From NCBI GenBank assembly GCA_965207065.1, contig OZ242260.1, positions 2,016,001-2,080,000 on the forward strand: a stretch of DNA of 64,000 bases, written 5' to 3'. The translations under genes and the position numbers were made by a program. This document shows positions 46,401-56,062 of the stretch, piece by piece (the stretch's first letter is position 1; each line of letters starts with the position of its first letter). This DNA is from a bacterium (GTDB taxonomy: Bacteria > UBA8248). The notes under the pieces were generated by a model, which worked only from the letters and a program-made list of their open reading frames with translations, was not told where the DNA came from and did no database searches.

Positions 46401-48062
46401 ATGAACCAGAACGCACCGGATAACAAGCAGGTCAAACGCCGTGATTTTCTGAAAATAGGAGCAGGCGCCGCCGCCGGGGCGGGGCTGTTGCCGCTCCTGA
46501 AATACCTGCCCGCCGAAGCGGCAGCGGGCCGCGACACGCTCGTGGTCGTGATCGGAAACGGCCCCAACAGCATGGACATCCACAGGAAGGGAACCAACCG
46601 TCCGAGCTACCAGGTCGCCGTGAACATCTACGACCGCCTCGTCACCTATGGGCGCAAGAAGCTGCCCGACGGCAACGTCATGTACGACTACCAGAAGATA
46701 GAACCGGAACTGGCGGAATCCTGGAGCTTTGCGCCCGACGGCATGTCCGTCACCTTCAAGATTCGCAAAGACGCCAGGTTCCACGACGGAAAACCCGTCA
46801 CCGCCCATGACGTGAAATGGTCTTTCGACCGCGCGGTCTCGCTCGGCGGTTTCCCTGCCGTGCAGATGAAGGCGGGTTCGCTCATCAAGCCCGAGCAGTT
46901 CGTCGCCGTGGATCAGCACACGTTCAAAATCAATTTCATCCGCAAGAGCAAACTCACGCTGCCCGACCTGGGCGTTCCCGTGCCTCTCATCATCAATTCG
47001 GCGGCCGCCAAGGCCAAGGCCACGAAGAGCGACCCGTGGGCGACCGAGTATCTGCATAAAAACCCGCAAGGGGGCGGGGCCTTCAAGCTGGGGCGTTGGA
47101 AGCCCGGCCAGCAGACCGTTTACGTTCGCAACGATGCGTGGAAGTCGGGCCCTCTGCCCGGCGTGAAGCGGGTGATCATACGCGAGGTGGCGTCCGCCTC
47201 CACGCGCCGCGCCCTCCTGCTGCGGGGAGACGCCGACGTGTCCCTCGATCTCCCGCCGAAGGACACCAAGGAACTCACGAGCAACAAGAAACTCAAGATC
47301 GCAGGAGTCCCCATCGAGAACTGCATCCACGCCGTCGGGCTGAACCTGAACTTCAAGCCCTTCGCCGACGTGCGGGTCCGCCAGGCGATGGCCTACGCCA
47401 TGCCTTACGAGAAGATATTCAAGGCGGCGGCCTATGAGCGCGGCCTGCCTCTGTGGGGAGCGAAATCACCCGATCCCGCCGGCACGCTGTGGCCCCAGCC
47501 GTTCCCCTACGACACCGACCCGGCCAAGGCGAAAGCCCTGCTCAAGGAGGCCGGCTACGCGAACGGGTTCAAGGTCACGCTGTCGTTCAACCTGGGACTC
47601 GCCTACTGGACGGAGCCGACGGCGCTTCTCATCCAGGAAGGGCTCGGGAAGGTGGGGATTGAAGCGAAGCTCGACAAGATCCCCGGTTCGGGCTGGCGGA
47701 CGAAGGCGCTCGTGGAGAAGAAGCTGGCGATGCACCTCAAGAACTTCGGGGGCTGGCTGAATTACCCTGAGTATTATTTCTTCTGGGCCTACCAGCCCAA
47801 GCGCCTGTTCAACTCGATGAACTACGACAACCCGAAGCTGAACAAGCTGGTGGACGAGACCCTGCACATGCCGGTGGGCAGCCCCGGCTACGCGGAGCGC
47901 GTCAAGTCGTTCATCAAAATCGCCTTTGAGGACGTTCCCCTCATCCCGCTCTGGCAGCCCTATCTCGATGTCGCCATGCAAAAGCACGTCGAAGGTTACG
48001 AATACTGGTTCCACCGTCAACTCGACGTGAGGTCGTTCAAGAAATTGCCGAAACAGGCCTGA
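46401..48062 (+). CDS. Dpp/Opp-family ABC substrate-binding protein with Tat signal
   Basis: KRRDFLK; PELAESW; FHDG.PVTA.DV.WS; D.RVRQA. Confidence 0.92.
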   Translation: MNQNAPDNKQVKRRDFLKIGAGAAAGAGLLPLLKYLPAEAAAGRDTLVVVIGNGPNSMDIHRKGTNRPSYQVAVNIYDRLVTYGRKKLPDGNVMYDYQKIEPELAESWSFAPDGMSVTFKIRKDARFHDGKPVTAHDVKWSFDRAVSLGGFPAVQMKAGSLIKPEQFVAVDQHTFKINFIRKSKLTLPDLGVPVPLIINSAAAKAKATKSDPWATEYLHKNPQGGGAFKLGRWKPGQQTVYVRNDAWKSGPLPGVKRVIIREVASASTRRALLLRGDADVSLDLPPKDTKELTSNKKLKIAGVPIENCIHAVGLNLNFKPFADVRVRQAMAYAMPYEKIFKAAAYERGLPLWGAKSPDPAGTLWPQPFPYDTDPAKAKALLKEAGYANGFKVTLSFNLGLAYWTEPTALLIQEGLGKVGIEAKLDKIPGSGWRTKALVEKKLAMHLKNFGGWLNYPEYYFFWAYQPKRLFNSMNYDNPKLNKLVDETLHMPVGSPGYAERVKSFIKIAFEDVPLIPLWQPYLDVAMQKHVEGYEYWFHRQLDVRSFKKLPKQA

Positions 48063-48111
48063 AGCCGGCTCGCAGCAAAGCTGGGCGTCCTTTGAAGGGG
48101 GGGACGAATTG

Positions 48112-49137
48112 ATGAAAGGCGATTCCCTATTCCTGATCGGCCGGCGTCTCCTCCAGGCGGCGCCGGTCGTGATGGGGATCATCGTGGTGACGTTTATCCT
48201 GACGCGGGCCTTGCCGGGCGATCCGGCGGTGTTCTTCGCCGGGCCTGCGGCGGATGAGAAATCCATCGCCGAGATTCGCGCCTCTCTGGGACTCGATAAA
48301 AGCTGGCCCGAACAATTCTGGGTCTACCTCCAGAATCTCGCGCATGGTGATCTGGGCAAATCCATCAGCACGGGCCAACCCGTCATCGAAGAACTCGCCA
48401 CACGGCTTCCGGCTTCGCTCGAACTCACGTTCATGGGCTTGTTTCTCGCCGTCGCCATCGCCATCCCCCTGGGAATACTGGCGGCCACGCGGCCCAATTC
48501 ACTCATCGATCACCTCTGCCGTCTCGTTGTGACCATCGGGGTTTCGCTGCCCACCTTCTTCACCGGCTTGTTCCTCGTCTATATCTTCTATTTTCTGCTG
48601 GGGCTCTCGCCCGCTCCGCTCGGACGCCTGGGCATCATCCACATCGCTCCCGATCACGTCACGGGCTTCTACCTGATCGACAGCCTCATCGCGGGTGATC
48701 TCGAGGTATTCAGGGCATCATTCTCCCAGATGATTCTCCCCGCCTCGACTCTGGGAATCTTCGCCCTGGCCCCGCTCGCGCGGATGACGAGGGCCGCCAT
48801 GCTGGGGGTTCTGTCGAGCGACTTCGTTCGCACGGCGCGGGCGAGCGGCCTGTCACGCCGGACGGTGCTGTGGGTCTATGCCTTTCAAAACGCCATTCTC
48901 CCCGTCCTCACCACGCTCGGCATGGTGTTTTCTTTTTTGCTGGGAGCGAATGTTCTGGTGGAGAAAGTCTTCGCCTGGCCGGGCATCGGTTCGTTCGCCA
49001 TCGAGGCCCTCATCGCCTCGGACTACGCCGCCGTGCAGGGTTTCGTTCTGGCCATGGCGTTGATGTACGTGCTCCTGAACCTGGCGATCGACATCCTCTA
49101 TACGGTGGTCGATCCGCGGATCGGGCTGGAAGGCTGA
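48112..49137 (+). CDS. Dpp/Opp-family ABC permease (DppB-like)
   Basis: LPGDP, GDLG.S, RLPASLEL, DFVRTARASG, VEKVFAWPGIG, DPRI. Confidence 0.92.
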   Translation: MKGDSLFLIGRRLLQAAPVVMGIIVVTFILTRALPGDPAVFFAGPAADEKSIAEIRASLGLDKSWPEQFWVYLQNLAHGDLGKSISTGQPVIEELATRLPASLELTFMGLFLAVAIAIPLGILAATRPNSLIDHLCRLVVTIGVSLPTFFTGLFLVYIFYFLLGLSPAPLGRLGIIHIAPDHVTGFYLIDSLIAGDLEVFRASFSQMILPASTLGIFALAPLARMTRAAMLGVLSSDFVRTARASGLSRRTVLWVYAFQNAILPVLTTLGMVFSFLLGANVLVEKVFAWPGIGSFAIEALIASDYAAVQGFVLAMALMYVLLNLAIDILYTVVDPRIGLEG

Positions 49138-49141
49138 GTGC

Positions 49142-49987
49142 ATGAAAGCCCACATGCAGCACCTGCGCTACGTGATGGGTGAGAATCCGGTCACGTTTTT
49201 CTCCTTCATCCTTTTCTTCCTGCTGATGGCTCTCGGTTTGTTCGGCCCCTGGATTGCACCCTACGACCCCCTCGCCAGTGACACGGCCAACGCCCTCAAG
49301 CCGCCCACGTGGGCGCATCCGTTCGGCACGGACAATCTGGGGCGGGACGTTTTCAGCCGCGTTATTACGGCCACACGGCTCGACCTGGCGATATCGGTGG
49401 CGGCCGTTTCGCTCTCCTTCGTCGCGGGAAGCGTCGCCGGCGTTTGCGCGGGCTACTTCGGAGGGGTGACGGACAAACTCATCAGCCGCCTCACCGACAC
49501 CATCATGGCGTTTCCCCTTTTCGTGCTGGCCATGGGCATCGTATCGGCCCTGGGAAATACGATCGAGAACATCGTCTATACCACGGCCGTCATCAACTTC
49601 CCCTTCTATGCGCGCGTGGCGCGGGCCGAGGCGAATTCACGCCGCGAGGCGGGGTTCGTGGAGGCGGCGCGCCTTTCAGGAAACGGGCACGGGCGGATTC
49701 TGCTCTTCCACATGGGGCCCAACATCATGCCGCCGATGATGGTTCAGATTTCGCTGAACATGGGTTACGCCATACTGAATGCGGCGGGACTCTCCTTCAT
49801 CGGCCTCGGCGTCCGGCCCCCGACGCCCGAGTGGGGGATCATGGTGGCCGAGGGCGCGAAGTTTATCGTTTCAGGCGAGTGGTGGCTGGCCATCTTCCCC
49901 GGAGCCGCCCTGATGCTCGCCGTGCTGTGCTTCAACCTTCTGGGTGACGGCCTTCGAGACCTGATCGACCCGAGAATGAGGACGTGA
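49142..49987 (+). CDS. Dpp/Opp-family ABC permease (DppC-like)
   Basis: HPFGTD.LGRD, FVEAA, LSFIGLG..PP.PEWG, FNLLGDGLRD. Confidence 0.92.
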   Translation: MKAHMQHLRYVMGENPVTFFSFILFFLLMALGLFGPWIAPYDPLASDTANALKPPTWAHPFGTDNLGRDVFSRVITATRLDLAISVAAVSLSFVAGSVAGVCAGYFGGVTDKLISRLTDTIMAFPLFVLAMGIVSALGNTIENIVYTTAVINFPFYARVARAEANSRREAGFVEAARLSGNGHGRILLFHMGPNIMPPMMVQISLNMGYAILNAAGLSFIGLGVRPPTPEWGIMVAEGAKFIVSGEWWLAIFPGAALMLAVLCFNLLGDGLRDLIDPRMRT

Positions 49988-50958
49988 TGGAATCCCGGAA
50001 CCCGCTTCTGGTCGTCGAGGATCTCTCGCTCGAATTCCGCACACGCACCGGCGTCGTCAAGGCCCTCGAGAACGTCAGTTTCCAGATCGAAAAGGGACAG
50101 ACGGTCGGCGTCGTCGGCGAGAGCGGCTCGGGAAAGTCCGTGATGTCTTACGCCATCATGGGAATCTCGGACCCGGCGGCGAGAATCACCTCGGGCCGGA
50201 TAGTTTTCGGGGGCATCTCTCTGTTCGAGAAGTCCCAGCAAGAGCTACAGGAAATGCGAGGACGTGAGCTCTCCATGATCTTCCAGAGCCCGAGAACGGC
50301 GCTCAATCCCATCCGGACCATCGGAAGACAACTCGAGGACGTCATCTATCGACACAGCAGCTTCCGCGGCCGGCAGATTCGCGCGCGCGCACTCGATCTG
50401 CTCAACCAGGTCCGCATCCCGGACCCTGAGAAGCGCTACCGCGCCTACCCGTTCGAACTCTCCGGCGGCATGTGCCAGCGCGTGATGATAGCGATCGCCA
50501 TCTCCTCCAACCCATGGCTCCTGATAGCGGACGAACCCGTGACGGGCCTGGACGTCACGACACAGGCGGTGATCATGGACCTCATCCAGGACGCGGCGCG
50601 TGAGAGAAACATGGGAACGATCCTCATCACACACGACCTGGGGCTCGCTGCGGAATACTGCGACAAGATAATCGTCATGCACTCGGGGCACGTCGTCGAA
50701 GTGGCCGATACCGAACACCTGTTCATGCGTCCGCGGCATCCCTACACGGCGAAACTCATCGGGGCCACGCCGAATGCGAGCAGAGACCTCGCCGCGCTTT
50801 CTTCGATTCCCGGCAACCTGCCGGACCTGCGCGCGGAACTCCCGGTTTGCCGCTACAGCGAGCGGTGCGAACGCTTCGCCCGGGATTGCCTGGAGTCCCC
50901 GCTTCCCCGCCTGGGAACGGGAGCCGGCCATCTCGTCGCCTGCCGGTATCCTCTCTGA
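49987..50958 (+). CDS. Dpp/Opp-family ABC ATP-binding protein (DppD-like)
   Basis: GESGSGKS, LSGGMCQR, ADEP, HPYT, C-terminal Cys cluster. Confidence 0.92.
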   Translation: MESRNPLLVVEDLSLEFRTRTGVVKALENVSFQIEKGQTVGVVGESGSGKSVMSYAIMGISDPAARITSGRIVFGGISLFEKSQQELQEMRGRELSMIFQSPRTALNPIRTIGRQLEDVIYRHSSFRGRQIRARALDLLNQVRIPDPEKRYRAYPFELSGGMCQRVMIAIAISSNPWLLIADEPVTGLDVTTQAVIMDLIQDAARERNMGTILITHDLGLAAEYCDKIIVMHSGHVVEVADTEHLFMRPRHPYTAKLIGATPNASRDLAALSSIPGNLPDLRAELPVCRYSERCERFARDCLESPLPRLGTGAGHLVACRYPL

Positions 50959-52016
50959 TGGCTCTGCTCCAAATCGTCGACCTCATGAAGAAGTTCCCGA
51001 TCCGCCGGAGCGGAGCGGTGGGAAGGGTCTGGAATTCGCTGCGGGGCACGGGGGACGAAGAACGAGGCGAGGCGGGCTATCTCCATGCCGTGGACGGCGT
51101 GACATTCTCGATACAAGCGGGGGAGAGCGTCGGCCTCGTCGGCGAGTCCGGCTGCGGGAAGTCCACTCTCGCCCGCCTGATCGCCCGCCTGCTGGACCCG
51201 ACATCGGGCGCCATCGCCTTCGAGGGCAGGAACATCGGGGGGATTCCGGCGGGCCGATTCATCCAGGGCGAGATGCGCCGGAAAATCCAGATGGTGTTCC
51301 AGGACCCGACGGAAAGCCTGAATCCCGGGTTCACCACTTTTCGGGCGATTGCCGATCCGCTCTTGCGCCTGGGCGGGATGCGGCGCGGCCCCGGGTTGAG
51401 AATGCGCGTGGAGGAACTCTGCGAGCTGGTGGGTCTCGCGCCGGAGTTCCTGGGCCGGTACCCGCATCAACTCTCGGGCGGACAGAAGGCGCGGGTCGGA
51501 ATCGCCCGCGCGATAGCCCTGGACCCCTCTCTCCTGGTTCTGGACGAGCCCACCTCCGCCCTTGACGTTTCGGTTCAGGCGGTCATCCTGCATCTTCTCG
51601 AAGATCTGAAGAGCCGCCTCGGGATGAGCTACCTGTTCGTCTCCCATGACCTGAACATCGTCCGGCTGCTCTGCCAGCGGGTTCTGGTGATGTACCTAGG
51701 CAGGATTGTGGAGGCCGGGCCCACCGGGGAAATCCTGCACCGCCCGCGCCATCCCTACACTCGGGCGCTCCTCTCCGCCATTCCCGCCATCGACACGACA
51801 GAGCGCAGCGAGCGTGTGCGATTGACCGGCGAGCCGATGAGCCCCGTCGACCCCTCCCCGCAGGTCTGCCGGTTTTACAGCCGGTGTCCCCAAAGAGAAG
51901 AGAGGTGCCGACAGGAAATGCCGGTGCTGACGCCTTATCCCGGCGGCGTCGAGACCGCCTGCCATTTCCCGCTGGAGAAACAGGGGAATGCCGGGACGCG
52001 AACGGTGGTTTCCTGA
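50958..52016 (+). CDS. Dpp/Opp-family ABC ATP-binding protein (DppF-like)
   Basis: GESGCGKST, LSGGQKAR, LDEPTSALD, HPYT, C-terminal Cys cluster; ATG overlaps the upstream stop. Confidence 0.92.
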   Translation: MALLQIVDLMKKFPIRRSGAVGRVWNSLRGTGDEERGEAGYLHAVDGVTFSIQAGESVGLVGESGCGKSTLARLIARLLDPTSGAIAFEGRNIGGIPAGRFIQGEMRRKIQMVFQDPTESLNPGFTTFRAIADPLLRLGGMRRGPGLRMRVEELCELVGLAPEFLGRYPHQLSGGQKARVGIARAIALDPSLLVLDEPTSALDVSVQAVILHLLEDLKSRLGMSYLFVSHDLNIVRLLCQRVLVMYLGRIVEAGPTGEILHRPRHPYTRALLSAIPAIDTTERSERVRLTGEPMSPVDPSPQVCRFYSRCPQREERCRQEMPVLTPYPGGVETACHFPLEKQGNAGTRTVVS

Positions 52017-52239
52017 GCGGCGCAGGCGGGGCGGGACGGGCGCGCAACGGGGGTCAATCACTCGCCGGCCGCGTTTGACCTGCATCCCCACGAACGCGTT
52101 TGCGTCGGCGGGTTTATCGGGGCGCCGCCATCGAGCCGGGGGCGCATTCGCCCGCATTTCCCTTTCGCGCGGATTCAGGGGATTCCGGTATCATGGCGGA
52201 GCCCGCCGCTTCGCTCCCGGATACGGAAACCCTCCCCGG

Positions 52240-52437
52240 TCGGGTCAAACGCTCGCTCCTCGCTCGCGTGAAACCCTCCCTCATCGGTCGCGTGAAACCC
52301 TCCCTCATCGGTCGGGTGAAACCCTCCCTCATCGGTCGGGTCAAACACTCGCTCATCACTCGCGTGAAACCCTCCCTCATCGGTCGGGTCAAACACTCGC
52401 TCATCGCTCGCGCGAAACCCTTCCTCATCGGTCGGGT
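52240..52437. repeat. Tandem array of eight 24-bp units in two sequence variants
   Basis: Units start at 52240, 52264, 52288, 52312, 52336, 52360, 52384, 52408; A = TCG[CG]GTGAAACCCTCCCTCATCGG, B = TCGGGTCAAACACTCGCTCATC[GA]C. Confidence 0.95.
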
Positions 52438-52747
52438 TTTATATCCGAAAAATTCGATAAATATAGATAAATTCAGATAAATTCACGGGGTTTTTCGATA
52501 AATTATCGAGGGGAAATGCGGGGAATTGCGGTGCCCGGATGCGGGCAGATGCGCATGCGAAAACCGGCTCCGGCGGCCGGGTCCCGCCGCGGAATCCGGG
52601 CGCAGGGGAATTCTGTCATGACTCTTGCGTTCCCCGTTGACGGCAAATGCGCGGAATTGCGGGCGGGTGCGGTGGAGATGGGCGTTAATTTCGCGAATCG
52701 GCGGTTTTATCGTAGAATCGGGGCGGTTTTCTTGGTTAAGGAGCGCC

Positions 52748-53830
52748 ATGAACGTCACCAGACGCCGCTTGCTGCAGGTTGCGGGGCGAGTCGCGCCCCT
52801 GGCCGTGGTCGGAATCCCGCGCGACGCGCAGGCCTCGATGATGGGCCGCCTGTTCGACTGGCTGAACAGCCGTCCCGTCGAGACGCCCAAGCCCGGAGAG
52901 GGCATCCTCGAGTTCGCCGCGCGCGTGGTTCCCGAAGTCACGGCGAACGATAAATTCTACGTGCAGAGCATCGGCCATTCAGCGCCCAAGCTCTCCCGCC
53001 GGGAATGGCGATTGAAGGTCAAGGGTGAAGTAACCGAGCCTCTTTCAATTGCTTGGGCGGAGTTGAGCGCGCTCAGACAGGAGAAAACCTGGGCGACGAT
53101 GACCTGCATCGGAAACCCGGTGGGCGGCGGGCAGATTGGGAACGCCTTGTGGGAGGGAGTGCCGCTCACGACCCTCCTTGAGCGCTCCGGCGTGGAGGAA
53201 AACGTTCGCCGCTCGGTCTCCGCGAGGGTGATTTTTCGCGCGGCGGACGGATACCATGACGCCATATCTATCGAGCAGGCATTCGATTCGAGAACGCTTC
53301 TTTGCACCCGTATGAACGGGGAAATTCTTCCCCGGGATCATGGCGCTCCGCTCAGACTTCTATTGCCTGGGACTTACGGCCTCAAGAACGTCAAGTGGAT
53401 TGAATCCATTGAGATTACGACGAAGGGCCATGGCGGCTATTGGCAAAGGAGAGGCTGGTCGGATGAGGCGATTGTGGAGACGCTCAGCCGGTTCGAGGCT
53501 CCCAGAAGGCGCGTGGAGGTCCGGGCGGCGGAAGTCTGGCTCGTGGGCTCCGCTTTCGCGGGGGAGCGGGGAATCCACAGGGTGGAAGTGACTTATGGAC
53601 AGGGGAAGTATTCTCGGCCCTGGGCGCCCGCATTGCTCAAAAAGCCCCTGGGACCTCTCGCCTGGAGCCTCTGGGCGTTTCCCATGCGCTTTGCGGAAAA
53701 CGGATTCTATCCTGTGACGGTGCGGGCCATGGATGGGGCAGGAGAAGTTCAGACGGATGAGATTTCGGATCCACAACCCGGCGGGTCGACAGGGCGGATG
53801 GGACTCAGCATCTATGTGAAAGGGTTGTAG
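52748..53830 (+). CDS. Tat-exported sulfite oxidase family molybdoenzyme
   Basis: TRRRLLQ Tat motif; TMTCIGN..GNA.WEGV; MNGE.LP.DHG.PLR; YG.KNVKW; GYW..RGW; C-terminal VRA.D Ig-like domain. Confidence 0.88.
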   Translation: MNVTRRRLLQVAGRVAPLAVVGIPRDAQASMMGRLFDWLNSRPVETPKPGEGILEFAARVVPEVTANDKFYVQSIGHSAPKLSRREWRLKVKGEVTEPLSIAWAELSALRQEKTWATMTCIGNPVGGGQIGNALWEGVPLTTLLERSGVEENVRRSVSARVIFRAADGYHDAISIEQAFDSRTLLCTRMNGEILPRDHGAPLRLLLPGTYGLKNVKWIESIEITTKGHGGYWQRRGWSDEAIVETLSRFEAPRRRVEVRAAEVWLVGSAFAGERGIHRVEVTYGQGKYSRPWAPALLKKPLGPLAWSLWAFPMRFAENGFYPVTVRAMDGAGEVQTDEISDPQPGGSTGRMGLSIYVKGL

Positions 53831-53850
53831 GCGAAACAAGGTGATTTATG

Positions 53851-53888
53851 AAAAAACCCCGCCGGGTGACCGGCGGGGTTTCATTTTT
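53851..53888. terminator. Bidirectional intrinsic terminator
   Basis: A-tract, CCCCGCCGG/CCGGCGGGG stem, T-rich tract, between convergent genes. Confidence 0.8.
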
Positions 53889-53903
53889 CAGCGAAAGTGC
53901 TAC

Positions 53904-54962
53904 TTAACGGCGTTTACCGCCCACGATGTTCGTTGCGCGTTTTTGGCGCTTGATCATCCAATTCTTGGGCGCCTCGATGCCGCTTCGATCCAGAATGTCG
54001 AGGTTGTGCTGGTAGGCCATGTAGTTCTTGATGTAGCTGAGCGTGCCGCCGCGATGAGGCGCGCCAGGGGGCTGCCGGCCTTCGATCAGGTCGATCACGT
54101 TATAGACGGCTTCTTTCGCCATGGCGATCTGCTCGGCCAGGACAGCCGCATGCACCCAGCCGTCACGAATGTCTTTCTCGATGCCGACGACGAGGTTGTG
54201 CGTCACGATCTTGATCTGGCCGGGTTTGTAGCCGGCCGCTTTCACGGCGTCCACCGTACCGCGGGCGATGAGCGTCGCCCAGGGGTAAATGCCTTTTACG
54301 TCCGGGTGTTTCTTGAGCAGGTCCTCCGCCGTCTGGTATGCATGCTGCACGTTGGACTTGGTGAATTCCTTGGCCACAACCTTGATTTTCGGATAGTGGC
54401 TCAGGTAGTCCTCAAACCCTTTGGCCATGGAGGTCACCATTTCGATGCCGCTGGGTCCGGGCAGCATCATGACTTTGCCCTGGTAGTTGATGGCGTGGGC
54501 CATGGTGGCGCCGATGAGAAGGCCCAATTCATAGCTGTTTTTCATGACGCGGTTTTTGACGCGAGCGCTGTCGAGGTCGATGTTGTCCACGACGACCTTG
54601 ATGCCCTTGTCCATCGCCTTGTGTACAGCGTTCACCATGCCTTTGGTGCTGATCGGGCAGATGATCATCCCGTCGTACTTCGCCGCGATGATGTCCTCCA
54701 CGTGGGCCACCTGCTTGGGCAGGAACTCGTAGCCGCCCGCGTCGAACATGGTCACGGTCACGCCGGCGTCTTTTGCCGCCTGGACGCTGCCGTACCATTT
54801 CGAGAAGAAATAGGGGTCGACGCCGTTCGGCACGACGACGGCGATCTTGTATTTCTTTTTCGCCTTCACCCGGGCGTCAGCGTCCGGGGCCGCCGCCATC
54901 GACACAAACAAGAATGTGACGACGGAAGCGAGAATCATGAAAGAGCGGAACAGTTTTTTCAT
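53904..54962 (-). CDS. Sugar-type ABC substrate-binding protein (RbsB-like)
   Basis: Signal peptide; DPYF; Q...VED.IA...DG.II.P; HPDVKGIY; end of an RbsA/RbsC-like operon. Confidence 0.85.
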   Translation of the reverse strand: MKKLFRSFMILASVVTFLFVSMAAAPDADARVKAKKKYKIAVVVPNGVDPYFFSKWYGSVQAAKDAGVTVTMFDAGGYEFLPKQVAHVEDIIAAKYDGMIICPISTKGMVNAVHKAMDKGIKVVVDNIDLDSARVKNRVMKNSYELGLLIGATMAHAINYQGKVMMLPGPSGIEMVTSMAKGFEDYLSHYPKIKVVAKEFTKSNVQHAYQTAEDLLKKHPDVKGIYPWATLIARGTVDAVKAAGYKPGQIKIVTHNLVVGIEKDIRDGWVHAAVLAEQIAMAKEAVYNVIDLIEGRQPPGAPHRGGTLSYIKNYMAYQHNLDILDRSGIEAPKNWMIKRQKRATNIVGGKRR

Positions 54963-55051
54963 CTTGAATCTCCTCCTCGCAGAATGGGTTTCACGGACGA
55001 AGCGCTCTCCTCCGCGAAAGGGAAAAATTGACTACCCTATGAACATATTTT

Positions 55052-56047
55052 CTATTCCCGCCGCTTGCGGGAACTCAAAACAACTGCCGTAATAAGTAAA
55101 ACGCCTACCACTACCTCCCGGGCGAATGTGCCTACACCCAGGAGTATGAGGCCATTGAGCAAAAATGTCAGGAACAGCGTCCCGATCACTGCTTGCGTCA
55201 CGCCGCCCTCGCCGCCATGGAACGTCGTGCCCCCCACCACGGTGGCCGCCAATGACTGGAATTCAAGCTGAAATCCAGCGAGGCCGTTTGTGGCCGGGAG
55301 TCTCGCCAGGTAAAGGAACGATGTAATGCCTACGCAGATGCCGCTGATCAAATAGCAAATCAGTTTCACCTTGCCGGTGTCTATGCCTGAGAGACGCGCG
55401 GCCTCTTCGTTCCCGCCGGTCAAATAGATTGCCCGGCCGAGCACTGTTCGTTTCGTCAGCAAATAGAGAATGATGAAAAAGAAAATCGCGATGAACAGCG
55501 TGCCGGGAATATGAAAGAAATCCGTGAGGCCGATGGTTTGCAGAATATCTTTTTGCTCGCCTGTGAATTGATGAATGGTGCGTCCGCCCGTGAATACCAA
55601 AGCGATGCCGGCGCAGATGAAAAGCATACTCAAGGTGACGATAAAGGGCTGTATCTTTACGCGGCCCACGAGGTAGCCATTGATAAAACCGAACATCGTC
55701 GCCATTCCGATTCCCATCAACACGCCCACGGCCAGGCCGAAGTCCAGTATGCCCTGCGCCATCACCACACTTGAGAGGCTGAGCAAGGACCCTTGACTCA
55801 AATCGATGCCTGAGACCAGGAGCACCATGCTTTGTCCGGCGACGATGAAGAACAGCAGAGAAGCGTTTCTGAGTTGGTTGGTCAGGTTATGGGCTTCGAT
55901 AAAGTTGTTCACGTAGCCCATCAACTGGAGAATGTAAAATATGAGCATCATCATGATGAACACGACGAGCAAACCATATTTCTCGTAATTGAACTTGGCC
56001 AATAAGGAGGCAGAAGGTCTGACAGGAGCCTCCGCTACATTCGCCAT
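55052..56047 (-). CDS. Sugar-type ABC permease (RbsC-like)
   Basis: GIDLS.GS, PFIVTL, GGNEEAARLSGI, AATVVGGT..GG.G. Confidence 0.9.
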   Translation of the reverse strand: MANVAEAPVRPSASLLAKFNYEKYGLLVVFIMMMLIFYILQLMGYVNNFIEAHNLTNQLRNASLLFFIVAGQSMVLLVSGIDLSQGSLLSLSSVVMAQGILDFGLAVGVLMGIGMATMFGFINGYLVGRVKIQPFIVTLSMLFICAGIALVFTGGRTIHQFTGEQKDILQTIGLTDFFHIPGTLFIAIFFFIILYLLTKRTVLGRAIYLTGGNEEAARLSGIDTGKVKLICYLISGICVGITSFLYLARLPATNGLAGFQLEFQSLAATVVGGTTFHGGEGGVTQAVIGTLFLTFLLNGLILLGVGTFAREVVVGVLLITAVVLSSRKRRE

Positions 56048-56062
56048 GATTTATTATCTCCC

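Noticed and set aside
52240-52431. GAAAC/CAAAC in the 24-bp units as further nitrogen-regulator boxes
   Set aside because: The period is 24 rather than 11 bp and the whole unit is repeated, unlike the three promoter arrays.
52240-52437. 24-bp array as a CRISPR array
   Set aside because: Units are contiguous with no unique spacers, and there are no cas genes in the window.
51988-52480. ORFs across the array (RVKPSLIG, SRETLPHR, MREGFTRP repeats) as genes
   Set aside because: A 24-bp period keeps several frames open automatically; no recognisable domain or clear RBS, so not called as CDS.
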